Part shown: positions 17,134 through 25,587 of the stretch, piece after piece
Layout: each line of letters starts with the position of its first letter
Position numbering within the stretch: position 1 is the first letter of the stretch
IMG/VR virus record: IMGVR_UViG_3300017910_000724
Coordinates: 1-25,587 of that record
Direction: 5' to 3' (one strand)
DNA length: 25,587 nt
DNA from: a virus
Lineage: Duplodnaviria > Caudoviricetes
The notes under the pieces: generated by a model
Databases searched by the model: none
Seen by the model: the letters and a program-made list of their open reading frames with translations, nothing else
Told to the model about the DNA's origin: nothing
Program-made: the position numbers and the translations under genes

Positions 17134-17952
17134 ATGGCAAAAAAACAAACTACAAAAGTAGCTGAACCAGAAATTAAAGCTACTAACGAAATGGTTGAGG
17201 TAAAAATTACTGAAGAACCAAAAAAACCTAAATGGGAAGTTAAAGACAGAACTTACTATTTAACAGGTAAAAAAAGACCTTTATCATATTCAATTAGATC
17301 ATCTGGTATTTACTGGTTTGACGAAGAAAAAGGATATGAGAGAGAATTAAAAAACACTTCTAATCAAAGAACTTGTTTTGTTGATGAAATGAAAGGAGAT
17401 CAAAGATTAGAACATATTATTTTTAGAAGCGGAGCTTTGTTTGTTCCAAAAACTAAAACAGTTTTACAAAAGTTGTTAAGCTTGTATCACCCTCAAAAAG
17501 ATATTCTTTATTATGAGTGGAAGCCTGAGGCTGTAGCCACGATTGAAGTTGATACAATAGAGCTAGAAATAGAGGCTTTAACAACCGCTCAAGCTTTAGA
17601 TATTGATATTGCAGAAGCTGTTATGCGCGCAGAGATTGGATCTAAGGTAGCAGAGATGAGTTCTAAGGAATTAAAAAGAGATTTACTTGTATTTGCTAAG
17701 AAAAATCCTGCTTTGTTCTTAGAATTAGCTAATGATGAAAATATTGTTTTAAGAAACTTTGGAATTAAAGCAACTGAGCTAGGCATATTAAGTTTATCTC
17801 CAGATCAGAGAACGTTTAGCTGGGCTTCTAATAATAGAAAACTATTAACAGTACCGTTTGATGAGCATCCATACTCTGCACTCGCGCAGTGGTTTAAAAC
17901 AGATGAAGGTATGGAGGTCTTTACAAACATTGAAAAGCGATTTAATGCGTAA
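17134..17952 (+). CDS. Conserved-type post-capsid protein (272 aa), function unknown
   Basis: Long ORF after MCP, as in the crAss-like capsid module gene order. Confidence 0.7.
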   Translation: MAKKQTTKVAEPEIKATNEMVEVKITEEPKKPKWEVKDRTYYLTGKKRPLSYSIRSSGIYWFDEEKGYERELKNTSNQRTCFVDEMKGDQRLEHIIFRSGALFVPKTKTVLQKLLSLYHPQKDILYYEWKPEAVATIEVDTIELEIEALTTAQALDIDIAEAVMRAEIGSKVAEMSSKELKRDLLVFAKKNPALFLELANDENIVLRNFGIKATELGILSLSPDQRTFSWASNNRKLLTVPFDEHPYSALAQWFKTDEGMEVFTNIEKRFNA

Positions 17953-17956
17953 TTAC

Positions 17957-18000
17957 TTATAGAAGAGTAACCACTCTTCGGGGTGGTTGCTCAACTATAA
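17957..18000 (+). promoter_or_regulatory. Long UUCG-capped RNA hairpin without a U-tract
   Basis: TTATAG-AA-GAGTAACCACTC-TTCG-GGGTGGTTGCTC-AA-CTATAA: 12-bp stem (2 G-U) plus a 6-bp basal stem. Confidence 0.75.
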
Positions 18001-18011
18001 AACATAATTAA

Positions 18012-18710
18012 ATGGCAGTAAACATAAACACAGTATACAAAAGAGTTCTGGCTATTGCCAACAAAGAGCAAAGAGGATATATAACTCCTCAAGAATTTAA
18101 CGTTTTCGCCAACCAAGCTCAAATGGATATTTTTGAGCAATACTTCTATGACTATAATCAGTTTGTTAGAATACACGGTAACGACTCTGTTTTTGGCGAC
18201 GCCGTAGAAATATTAAAAGAAAAAATTAGTGAGTTTGAAGCTACAGCTGCAGTAGCATCAGGCACTACTTTACCCACAGACTTATACAGACTTGTCTCCG
18301 TACAGTTTAACAATGTAGAAGCAAGCTATGTTTCTAATAGAGAATATTCAGCTACAGCCTTACATCCTTTACTAAGGCCAAATGACGCTAGGCCAGTCTA
18401 CACTAGGCAAGGTGGATCTATAAAAGTTTTTGGTAATGCTGCAAACAATCAAGCTCCAGAACAAAAAACAACAAGCGTTAACTGCGAATACATTAAGACA
18501 CCTACTGATGTAAACTGGGGTTACAATGTTGTTTTAGGAAAACCTATATACAATGCAGCGACAAGCGTTAACTTTGAGCTTCATGAGTCAGAAGAAGTTT
18601 CTTTAGTTAACAGAATATTAATACTAGCCTCTATAACTATTGAAGATCCTCAACTTAGCCAAGCGGCTAATATTGAAGAAGCAAAAGATATACAGCAGAA
18701 AAAACAATAA
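18012..18710 (+). CDS. Head-tail adaptor / tail ring protein (232 aa)
   Basis: NKEQRGYITPQEFNVFANQAQ N-terminal helices, RP.YT, YIKTP motif, helical C-terminus, typical of podovirus tubular/ring proteins. Confidence 0.65.
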   Translation: MAVNINTVYKRVLAIANKEQRGYITPQEFNVFANQAQMDIFEQYFYDYNQFVRIHGNDSVFGDAVEILKEKISEFEATAAVASGTTLPTDLYRLVSVQFNNVEASYVSNREYSATALHPLLRPNDARPVYTRQGGSIKVFGNAANNQAPEQKTTSVNCEYIKTPTDVNWGYNVVLGKPIYNAATSVNFELHESEEVSLVNRILILASITIEDPQLSQAANIEEAKDIQQKKQ

Positions 18711-18713
18711 TAA

Positions 18714-19604
18714 ATGGCCTTAATAAGTACAAACGAATCAACATATTATAGTAGTTCTTCTAATTATGGCAACTATCAATTTGTTAGTCTATCAAATATT
18801 ATAGATGCGTTTATGATTGTAAACGTAGGTGAAGACAAACTAATTAGTAAGATTAGTAGAGCAGACGTAAATTTTCATGCTCAAAGAGCTTTAGCTGAAT
18901 TAAGTTACGACGTGTTAAGCTGCGTAAAAACTCAAGAGATAACTGTTGCTAATACTTTGACGATGGCTATGCCGCAAGACTACGTTAGTTATGTGAAAAT
19001 AACTAGAGTTGACGAAAACGGCGTTGAAAGACCTTTATACCCTACTAAAAGCACTAGCAACCCTACAGCTCCAAAACAAACAGGTAGTATAGGTGATCAA
19101 AACTTTGTAGATTCAGATGGTGATGGAAAAATAGATTTAGAAACTGAGTCTGACACTTGGGCCAGATACAAAGCGTCTTCTACAGACAGCTCTTCTGACG
19201 ACACTGATTATGATGAAGATTTGTACGATTTATTCTTAGGTCAAAGATACGGTATTGATCCTGCTTACGCTCAGATAAACGGTTCTTTTTATATAGATCA
19301 AGAAAAAGGTAGAATACACTTTAGTTCTTCGCTAGCAGGTAAAGTTATTATATTAAAATATATAAGCGATAGCTTAGGCACTGAAGCAGAGATGAGAGTT
19401 CATAAGTATGCTGAAGAGGCTATGTATAAAAGTATAGCGTACGCTGTAATTAGTAATAGAGCAAACATGCCTGAGTATGTTGTTCAAAGATTAAAAAAAG
19501 AAAAAAGAGCGGCCATTAGATCTGCTAAGCTTAGAATGTCTAAAATTAACTTTGAAGAAATAACTCAAATTTTAAGAGGTAAGTCTAAACAAATTAAACA
19601 TTAA
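18714..19604 (+). CDS. Tail tubular / ring protein (296 aa)
   Basis: MPQDYVSYVKI, RIHFSS, ILKYISD, AEEAMYKSIAY motifs; directly precedes the tail stabilisation gene. Confidence 0.6.
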   Translation: MALISTNESTYYSSSSNYGNYQFVSLSNIIDAFMIVNVGEDKLISKISRADVNFHAQRALAELSYDVLSCVKTQEITVANTLTMAMPQDYVSYVKITRVDENGVERPLYPTKSTSNPTAPKQTGSIGDQNFVDSDGDGKIDLETESDTWARYKASSTDSSSDDTDYDEDLYDLFLGQRYGIDPAYAQINGSFYIDQEKGRIHFSSSLAGKVIILKYISDSLGTEAEMRVHKYAEEAMYKSIAYAVISNRANMPEYVVQRLKKEKRAAIRSAKLRMSKINFEEITQILRGKSKQIKH

Positions 19605-19609
19605 ATTTA

Positions 19610-22600
19610 ATGGCAGAGTTCAAAAAGAATTTTCTCAAAGGTAAAATGAACAAAGACCTCGATGAGAGGTTAGTTCCTAATGGCGAATATAGAGACGCGC
19701 TTAATATAGAAATATCTGACTCTGAAAGCTCTAACGTTGGATCTGTACAAAATTTAAAAGGTAACACCAAGGTTACTGTTACTGAGCAAAACGGATTTTC
19801 TTTAATAGCTGGATCATTAGCTATAAGCCCTAACGCTTTTACCGTTGCGACATATCCTGACGAAACAAACAAAAGAATATACAACTTTGTCCATAAAGCT
19901 TCGGATCTTATAGAAAATGGAGTTTACAACGGGATAGCTAGAAAGACTGGTTTAATATCAGATTGTATTTTTGAATTTAACTCTATTGAAAATAACGATG
20001 GAGGTTTTTCAAGACCTGTGTTAACAGACGTGTATGAGGTTAGATCTGCAGCTACAGAGCAAACTTCAAGCAACGTATTAGAAGGTTTAGATACTGTAGC
20101 TATAAACCAAAGTCAACAAGGCTCAGCTCACAAGCCTCTTGGCATAAGAGTTGGCATGAGAGTTCAAAAGTACGACTTAAATGGCAACGATCTTTGGGGA
20201 GAAAGCAATAAAGTTTATGTAAAAAAAATATTACCTTCTACTGCTAACAATGGTAAAGTAGAAATAACAAACTTTAACGGACTTAGTTATAACCAAGTGG
20301 ACATCGACAACGGGGTTGTGTTAAGATTTACTTCTGAAAGAATATTAAATTTTAATGATGGCACAGAGCAATACGAGGCTAATGTTAGTGGAACACCTGT
20401 TTCGCCAACGCCGAAAAATAATATTATAACAGGTATAAACTTAATAAACGATATACTATACTTTACGGATAATAAAACTGAGCCTAAAAAAGTTTCTTTA
20501 AAAAGGTTTAGATCTAGCAAAAACTCTATATACGAGCACTCTATTCATAGATGGGTAGACACTTATGGCAATGCTATTACTGAAGATTTAAAAGAAAGCT
20601 TTATAACGGTTATAAAACAAAACCCGTTAACTCCGCCAAAAATTAAAAATACTATAAACGATAGAATAGTAGAAGAGATTACTGAGTATGGTGGTGGCAC
20701 AACCGCTGGGCTTACAAATGTAAATACTGGTGTTTTTTATTCTCCCTCTACGGTAGGAACAGTAGGTTTATTTGAAGACGATTTTAATTTTCAAGTACCT
20801 TTTTCTTTTTCAAACAATGCTAACGAGGCTTATTTGCCTGACGTAAGTGTAGCTGATCAGCCAGAAACTTTGTTTTTAGGTTGTAGTGTTAATAGAGTTA
20901 ACTGGCGAATTGGTGATTTGTTAGAGCTTTCTGGAACAATAACTGGAGCTAGCGCAACAGTTGCAATAACAGGCACTCTGTCAAACAATGAAAATTTCAA
21001 CGTCTTTGAAGTTACTCTTGTTGCTTTATCAGAGGATTACGTTGGAACTGAGCCTGCTGAAACTTGGAACGCTCAGTTAAAAAACAAAAGAAAAGTATAC
21101 GAAGATGACTTTGTGTGCTTTGCTTACAGATACAAATACGTTGATGATGAGTACTCCGCAATATCACCTTATTCAGATATTGCTTTTGTACCTGGTTTTT
21201 ATAGTTATAATTCTTTAAAAGGATTTAACAATGGAATGGTGAATAAAGTTCAAGACATAAAAGTTTTAGACTTCATACCTCCTCACACGCCAAGCGATGT
21301 TGCTTCTATAGAGCTTTTATTTAAGAAAACAGACTCAACAACAATACATGTAGTTGAATCTTTTAAAAGAAACTCTTCTGAGTGGAACTCAACAGGATCG
21401 CCTGGAACCTCTTACAAAGGTAACGTAACTATATCTAGTGAAGTTTTTGGAAAAACTTTACCAGAAAGTCAAACATTAAGAATATTTGACAATGTACCTA
21501 TTAAAGCTAGATCTCAAGAAGTCGTAGGGTCGAGAATAATGTATGGTAACTACCACGAAAACTATGACATTATAGATGAAGGAGCAAGCAAAATAATACC
21601 TAAAATCGACCACTCATTTCAAGCTGTACCAACACAGTTTACAGAAGATTTTTCTGTAGGTAACGAGTTTTCTGCTAATCAAGAAAATAACGATATAGTT
21701 TTAGGATCTGGGCAATATACCAGCGTGTATCTTGGTAATACTCCTATAGCAGACTTAACGCCTTCGCAAGGAGAGTTTGACAACACTGCTTTTGCAGACG
21801 CTTCTGGAGGCTCGGCCGCATCCCATGCCGCGGCTTTTTCTACTTTTTTTGGACTACCTACGTCCGCAGAGTACGACCCTGATAGTAACTTTAATAATCA
21901 GCTTCCTGTTGGTACTTGGTTTCAAAATGATTTAATACCAAACGTTGTTGACGGTACCGCTCAAGGTCCTTATTTTGAAGCGCCTATAAGTGGATATTAT
22001 ACTTTTAGCGCTTCTACGCAAGCTAGAGCTCTTTATCAAAATTACGTTAACTATGATGAAGAACAAGATGCAATAGTTTTTCCAATATCTTTGCTTCCTT
22101 TTGAAGCTACTGGTACTTTTTTCGGTTTAGTAAAAGTTGATGCAAACGGTATTTGGAACAACTGGCCTGACCTGCATAACTTTGTAGAAGTTAACAGCAA
22201 TCTCAATCAAGACGTTTATGCGCCAAACTTAAATAATCCTGATTTATTACACGCGGTGCCTGTAACTAATACTGGTATTGGCCCGGGTAATGCTGGTATA
22301 AGTTCTTATCAAACGTATAGCTTTAGCGGAGTTCAGGTTTACTTAAATCAAGGCGAAAGAGTTGCTGCTGGTATTTGTATTCCTAGAAACTGTTTAAACA
22401 ATGGCACATCTCAAAGTGGAGTTGCTTACAGAGGACAAATGAGGTTAAAAAGTTCTTCTTTTATTTGTGATGACGCTCCAGATAGTATTCAAACTGTTAT
22501 AACTACACAAGCTAGAGCTTCAGTTAAGTCTGGTAGAACTTACGAAATAGGTGTAGTATACTGCGATAAGCACGGTAGAGAGTCAACGGTATTATTAGAT

Positions 22601-25587
22601 ATTTCTAACAGCATGAGGTTAGAAAAAATATCTAGCGACAAGATAAATAGACTGTCAGCTCAAGTGCAAAACAAAGCGCCATATTGGGCAGAGTACTATA
22701 AGTTTTACGTTAAGGAAATAGCTTCAAAATATCATAATATAGTTTTACATAAGGCTTATTCTACTGGCAACGCTGAAAATACAACTACAACTGTAAACTT
22801 TAGCCACGTGTGGTTAGCGTTTAACTCAGCTGACAGAAGTAAAGTAAAAATAGGTAGTTATTTAGTTCAGAAAAAACGACACGGTAACTCTGTGCCTGTG
22901 TTTGATGAAGAGGCTAAGTATAGAGTTTTAGACATAATAGGCAATGCTACAATAGAGGAAGACGACGAAGATGCTGGCGTTACTCAAGAAATAAGTTTAG
23001 CTGGATTAGATTTAGATGCTTTAGGTGCAGACTTTGACGATGTTAACGGTAAGTTTTTTGTTAAAATAGAAGCTGACAACAACTTTACTGTAAACATAAA
23101 TAACAATGAATTAACAAATAGCTTTATTACATCAGACGAAAACACAAATAATGGTGCTGTTTTTGAAGTTGTAGACGAGCAAGAAATAGATTTAGACTTG
23201 TTTTACGAGGTAAGTCAAGCTTATCCTATAAATCTTTTAGGTGAAAAAGCGTCTGTGCTAATACAAGACGGTGACAAGATAACTTTAGAGTCTGGGTTTA
23301 GTAATCCTATTATAGCTCAGTTTGACGCTATACCTGGCGGTGTTTTTGTTCAAAATGTACAAGGTGCTAAATCTTTAGGCTTAAATCAAACAACACAAGA
23401 TCAAGGTACTGACGGAGCTGTATTAATACAAACTAACCAAGACTTTGGCTACTTATTTGGACCTATGGGCGTTAATAGTACTCCAGCTATAATTAGATTA
23501 ACTAGGAAAGATGGTAGTTATTATACATTAAGATTAAAACTTCAAAGTTTTGGAAATACAATTAGAGTATATCCTTTTACTCACAAAACTTCTAACTCTA
23601 ACTTCAGCTCAAAATTTTTACTTAGGTTTGTAAACTGTTTTGCTTTTGGTAATGGCGTAGAGTCTGATAGAATTAGAGATGACTTTAACGCTAGCACTAT
23701 GTATCCTTACACAGCGGCTGGTAAGCAAAGTGGATTTAAAGCTTCTTCGCCTAATCCTGATTATAGAAGAGAGCATAAAAAAAATGATATAATATTTTCA
23801 CAAATTATAAACGAAGCCACTGGATCAAACAGAGGTAACGAGTTTTTAATGGCTGAAGATATAGTAAAGAGATTAAATCCTGAATATGGTAGTATACAAA
23901 AACTATTTACTAGAAATACTGACTTAATAACTTTTTGTGAAAATAAAATTTTAAGAGTTTTAGCAAATGGTAAAGACGCTTTGTTTAATGCCGACGGTAA
24001 TGCACAGTTATTATCTTCAACAAACGTTTTAGGTCAAGCTATACCTTATTTAGGTGATTACGGAATATCTGAAAATCCTGAGTCTTTTGCCGCTGATGAG
24101 TTTAGATGTTATTTTACAGACGTCAACCGAGGAGCTGTTTGTAGACTGTCTAGAGATGGAGTTAGTCCAATATCAAGCTTTGGCATGAAAGACTGGTTCT
24201 ATGACAACCTAAAAGATTCTAAAGTGTGCATAGGTAGCTACGACGGTAGAAAAGATGAGTACAATTTAACAATACATACAAACAATGCTAGCGGCGGCTT
24301 GTCAAATAAAAACGTATACACTTTAAGCTTTAGTGAAGATTCAAAAGGTTGGATTAGCTTTAAATCTTTTATTAAAGAATCTGGAGTAAGCTTAAACAAC
24401 GATTACTACACGGCTAAAGACGGTTTACTTTGGCTACACCACTCAAACAATACTCATAATAATTTTTATGATTCTCAATACACTTCAACAGTAACTACGG
24501 TGTTTAATGAAGTTCCTGGAAGTGTAAAAAAGTTTGACACTATAAACTACGAAGGAACTCAAGCTAGAGTTAATCAACATACTTCAGACGATCAATTTTA
24601 CAACTTATCAGAAAAGAAAGGCTGGTATGTAGAAAGTATTACTACTGATCTTCAAGAAGGAAAAGTAGATGAGTTTATAGATAAAGAAAATAAATGGTTT
24701 AACTATATACAAGGTACGGCAACTTCTCATACTAACGCTGCTGACGGTAATGGTGCTGTTACTAACTTAGATATTAGCGAAAACACTGTTCAAGGTATAG
24801 GTCAACTAAGCGAAGACTCTATTTCAAGCGAAAGTGGTTTTAGTGAAGGCTTTGATATATCTGTACAGTTAAATGCGCCAGGAGAAAACTTCAGTTCTAC
24901 CGGCTATCAAGTATACAACATAGATACTATGCCTACTACTGGAACTTTTATTATTGTTCCTGACCAAGGCTTTAGCATAGCAGCTAACCAGTTTTCAATA
25001 ACAAACTCTTTGCCTAGCTGGATTGACAGTATAGTTTTTTCAGACACTACGACCGCTGGAACTAGTGATAATACTGTTCTAGCAACAATTACTTTTGCGG
25101 GCAGCATAAGTTCTGATCTTAGCCACTCTATTCAAGTTGAAACAACCACTTACGCTACAACAATAACTTGGGAAGGTGTTGTAAACGTTTACGGTGAAGG
25201 TATAGGTAATGGAGAAACTGTTTCTTTGAGTATTGGCGATGGAACTATAGGTATTTTCTTTCCAATACCTTCAGGTAATCCTAACATGGTTTCATATTTT
25301 GTTGGAGCTTACGTAGGTTCTAACAACGGCGTTGAAGAGCCTATGATTACAGTAACAGTTGATAGTGGTAATAATTATTTTTATTCTAACTTTAATCCAG
25401 TAAATTGGTCTTTTACACCTGTTTCAGAAGTAGAAAACTATGAGGTAAACAACACGTTTGGTTATACTCCAAGTGGTTGCTTTGATTTTGTAAGTACTAG
25501 TCGAACATATAATATTTACTATAACAATTTACAAGACGAAAATATTATATTAGATGATGATAACACTATATTTATAAATACTAACTC
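19610..25587 (+). CDS. Large tail stabilisation / muzzle-like protein, >1990 aa, truncated by the window end (absent from the ORF track)
   Basis: ATG 19610: MAEFKKNFLKGKMNKDLDERLVPNGEYRDALNIEIS; same frame at FAYRYKYVDDEYS, YGNYHENYD, NCFAFGNGVESDRIRDDFN, YGISENPESFA, KENKWFNYIQG and the last line (spot-checked, not every codon). Confidence 0.85.
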   Translation, partial: MAEFKKNFLKGKMNKDLDERLVPNGEYRDALNIEISDSESSNVGSVQNLKGNTKVTVTEQNGFSLIAGSLAISPNAFTVATYPDETNKRIYNFVHKASDLIENGVYNGIARKTGLISDCIFEFNSIENNDGGFSRPVLTDVYEVRSAATEQTSSNVLEGLDTVAINQSQQGSAHKPLGIRVGMRVQKYDLNGNDLWGESNKVYVKKILPSTANNGKVEITNFNGLSYNQVDIDNGVVLRFTSERILNFNDGTEQYEANVSGTPVSPTPKNNIITGINLINDILYFTDNKTEPKKVSLKRFRSSKNSIYEHSIHRWVDTYGNAITEDLKESFITVIKQNPLTPPKIKNTINDRIVEEITEYGGGTTAGLTNVNTGVFYSPSTVGTVGLFEDDFNFQVPFSFSNNANEAYLPDVSVADQPETLFLGCSVNRVNWRIGDLLELSGTITGASATVAITGTLSNNENFNVFEVTLVALSEDYVGTEPAETWNAQLKNKRKVYEDDFVCFAYRYKYVDDEYSAISPYSDIAFVPGFYSYNSLKGFNNGMVNKVQDIKVLDFIPPHTPSDVASIELLFKKTDSTTIHVVESFKRNSSEWNSTGSPGTSYKGNVTISSEVFGKTLPESQTLRIFDNVPIKARSQEVVGSRIMYGNYHENYDIIDEGASKIIPKIDHSFQAVPTQFTEDFSVGNEFSANQENNDIVLGSGQYTSVYLGNTPIADLTPSQGEFDNTAFADASGGSAASHAAAFSTFFGLPTSAEYDPDSNFNNQLPVGTWFQNDLIPNVVDGTAQGPYFEAPISGYYTFSASTQARALYQNYVNYDEEQDAIVFPISLLPFEATGTFFGLVKVDANGIWNNWPDLHNFVEVNSNLNQDVYAPNLNNPDLLHAVPVTNTGIGPGNAGISSYQTYSFSGVQVYLNQGERVAAGICIPRNCLNNGTSQSGVAYRGQMRLKSSSFICDDAPDSIQTVITTQARASVKSGRTYEIGVVYCDKHGRESTVLLDISNSMRLEKISSDKINRLSAQVQNKAPYWAEYYKFYVKEIASKYHNIVLHKAYSTGNAENTTTTVNFSHVWLAFNSADRSKVKIGSYLVQKKRHGNSVPVFDEEAKYRVLDIIGNATIEEDDEDAGVTQEISLAGLDLDALGADFDDVNGKFFVKIEADNNFTVNINNNELTNSFITSDENTNNGAVFEVVDEQEIDLDLFYEVSQAYPINLLGEKASVLIQDGDKITLESGFSNPIIAQFDAIPGGVFVQNVQGAKSLGLNQTTQDQGTDGAVLIQTNQDFGYLFGPMGVNSTPAIIRLTRKDGSYYTLRLKLQSFGNTIRVYPFTHKTSNSNFSSKFLLRFVNCFAFGNGVESDRIRDDFNASTMYPYTAAGKQSGFKASSPNPDYRREHKKNDIIFSQIINEATGSNRGNEFLMAEDIVKRLNPEYGSIQKLFTRNTDLITFCENKILRVLANGKDALFNADGNAQLLSSTNVLGQAIPYLGDYGISENPESFAADEFRCYFTDVNRGAVCRLSRDGVSPISSFGMKDWFYDNLKDSKVCIGSYDGRKDEYNLTIHTNNASGGLSNKNVYTLSFSEDSKGWISFKSFIKESGVSLNNDYYTAKDGLLWLHHSNNTHNNFYDSQYTSTVTTVFNEVPGSVKKFDTINYEGTQARVNQHTSDDQFYNLSEKKGWYVESITTDLQEGKVDEFIDKENKWFNYIQGTATSHTNAADGNGAVTNLDISENTVQGIGQLSEDSISSESGFSEGFDISVQLNAPGENFSSTGYQVYNIDTMPTTGTFIIVPDQGFSIAANQFSITNSLPSWIDSIVFSDTTTAGTSDNTVLATITFAGSISSDLSHSIQVETTTYATTITWEGVVNVYGEGIGNGETVSLSIGDGTIGIFFPIPSGNPNMVSYFVGAYVGSNNGVEEPMITVTVDSGNNYFYSNFNPVNWSFTPVSEVENYEVNNTFGYTPSGCFDFVSTSRTYNIYYNNLQDENIILDDDNTIFINTN

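Noticed and set aside
680-25107. Short minus-strand and nested ORFs (e.g. 680-925, 2580-3040, 5805-6164, 10258-10875, 12743-13078, 15016-15455, 19594-19884, 20287-20520, 24907-25107)
   Set aside because: Shadows of long, well-supported + strand genes, with no leaders or recognisable motifs
19605-25587. Apparent 6-kb gene-free region in the ORF track (possible ncRNA or recoded region)
   Set aside because: It reads as a single + strand frame from ATG 19610, most likely omitted because no stop codon falls inside the window
1-25587. Stop-codon reassignment as in some Crassvirales
   Set aside because: Terminase, portal, capsid and tail genes are full-length under the standard code, so there is no sign of recoding
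1-25587. CRISPR array, tRNA, intron/intein, DGR or integrase
   Set aside because: No repeat-spacer array, cloverleaf, interrupted core gene, reverse transcriptase or recombinase recognised by eye

Overview
This window is the late (virion morphogenesis) region of an AT-rich tailed dsDNA phage. Its head/tail gene set is crAss-like (Crassvirales-related), and the host is probably a Bacteroidota/Flavobacteria member, judged from A-rich starts lacking Shine-Dalgarno sequences. A short minus-strand gene and a non-coding strand-switch region (270-601) come first; all other real genes are on the + strand. In order they are: small basic proteins, a PT-TG (pre-toxin) domain protein, groEL then groES, three tandem paralogues, a winged-helix-like protein, an HExxH peptidase, a holin, small ORFs, a probable tandem GroES-like protein, terminase, portal, scaffold, major capsid, ring/adaptor proteins, and a >1990-aa tail stabilisation (muzzle-like) ORF. 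That last ORF runs off the window and is missing from the ORF track. The most interesting signals are three. (i) Unrelated late proteins share an MAFK(L/M)..SP N-terminal tag, and the set includes a peptidase and a polymorphic-toxin-like PT-TG protein, which suggests a capsid-cargo/effector system. (ii) The chaperonin module has a GroEL lacking the inter-ring contact residues, plus two distinct GroES-type genes. (iii) Fixed-spacing promoter-like motifs and dyad elements cluster at the strand switch. All family assignments are by-eye motif recognition; no database search was run.
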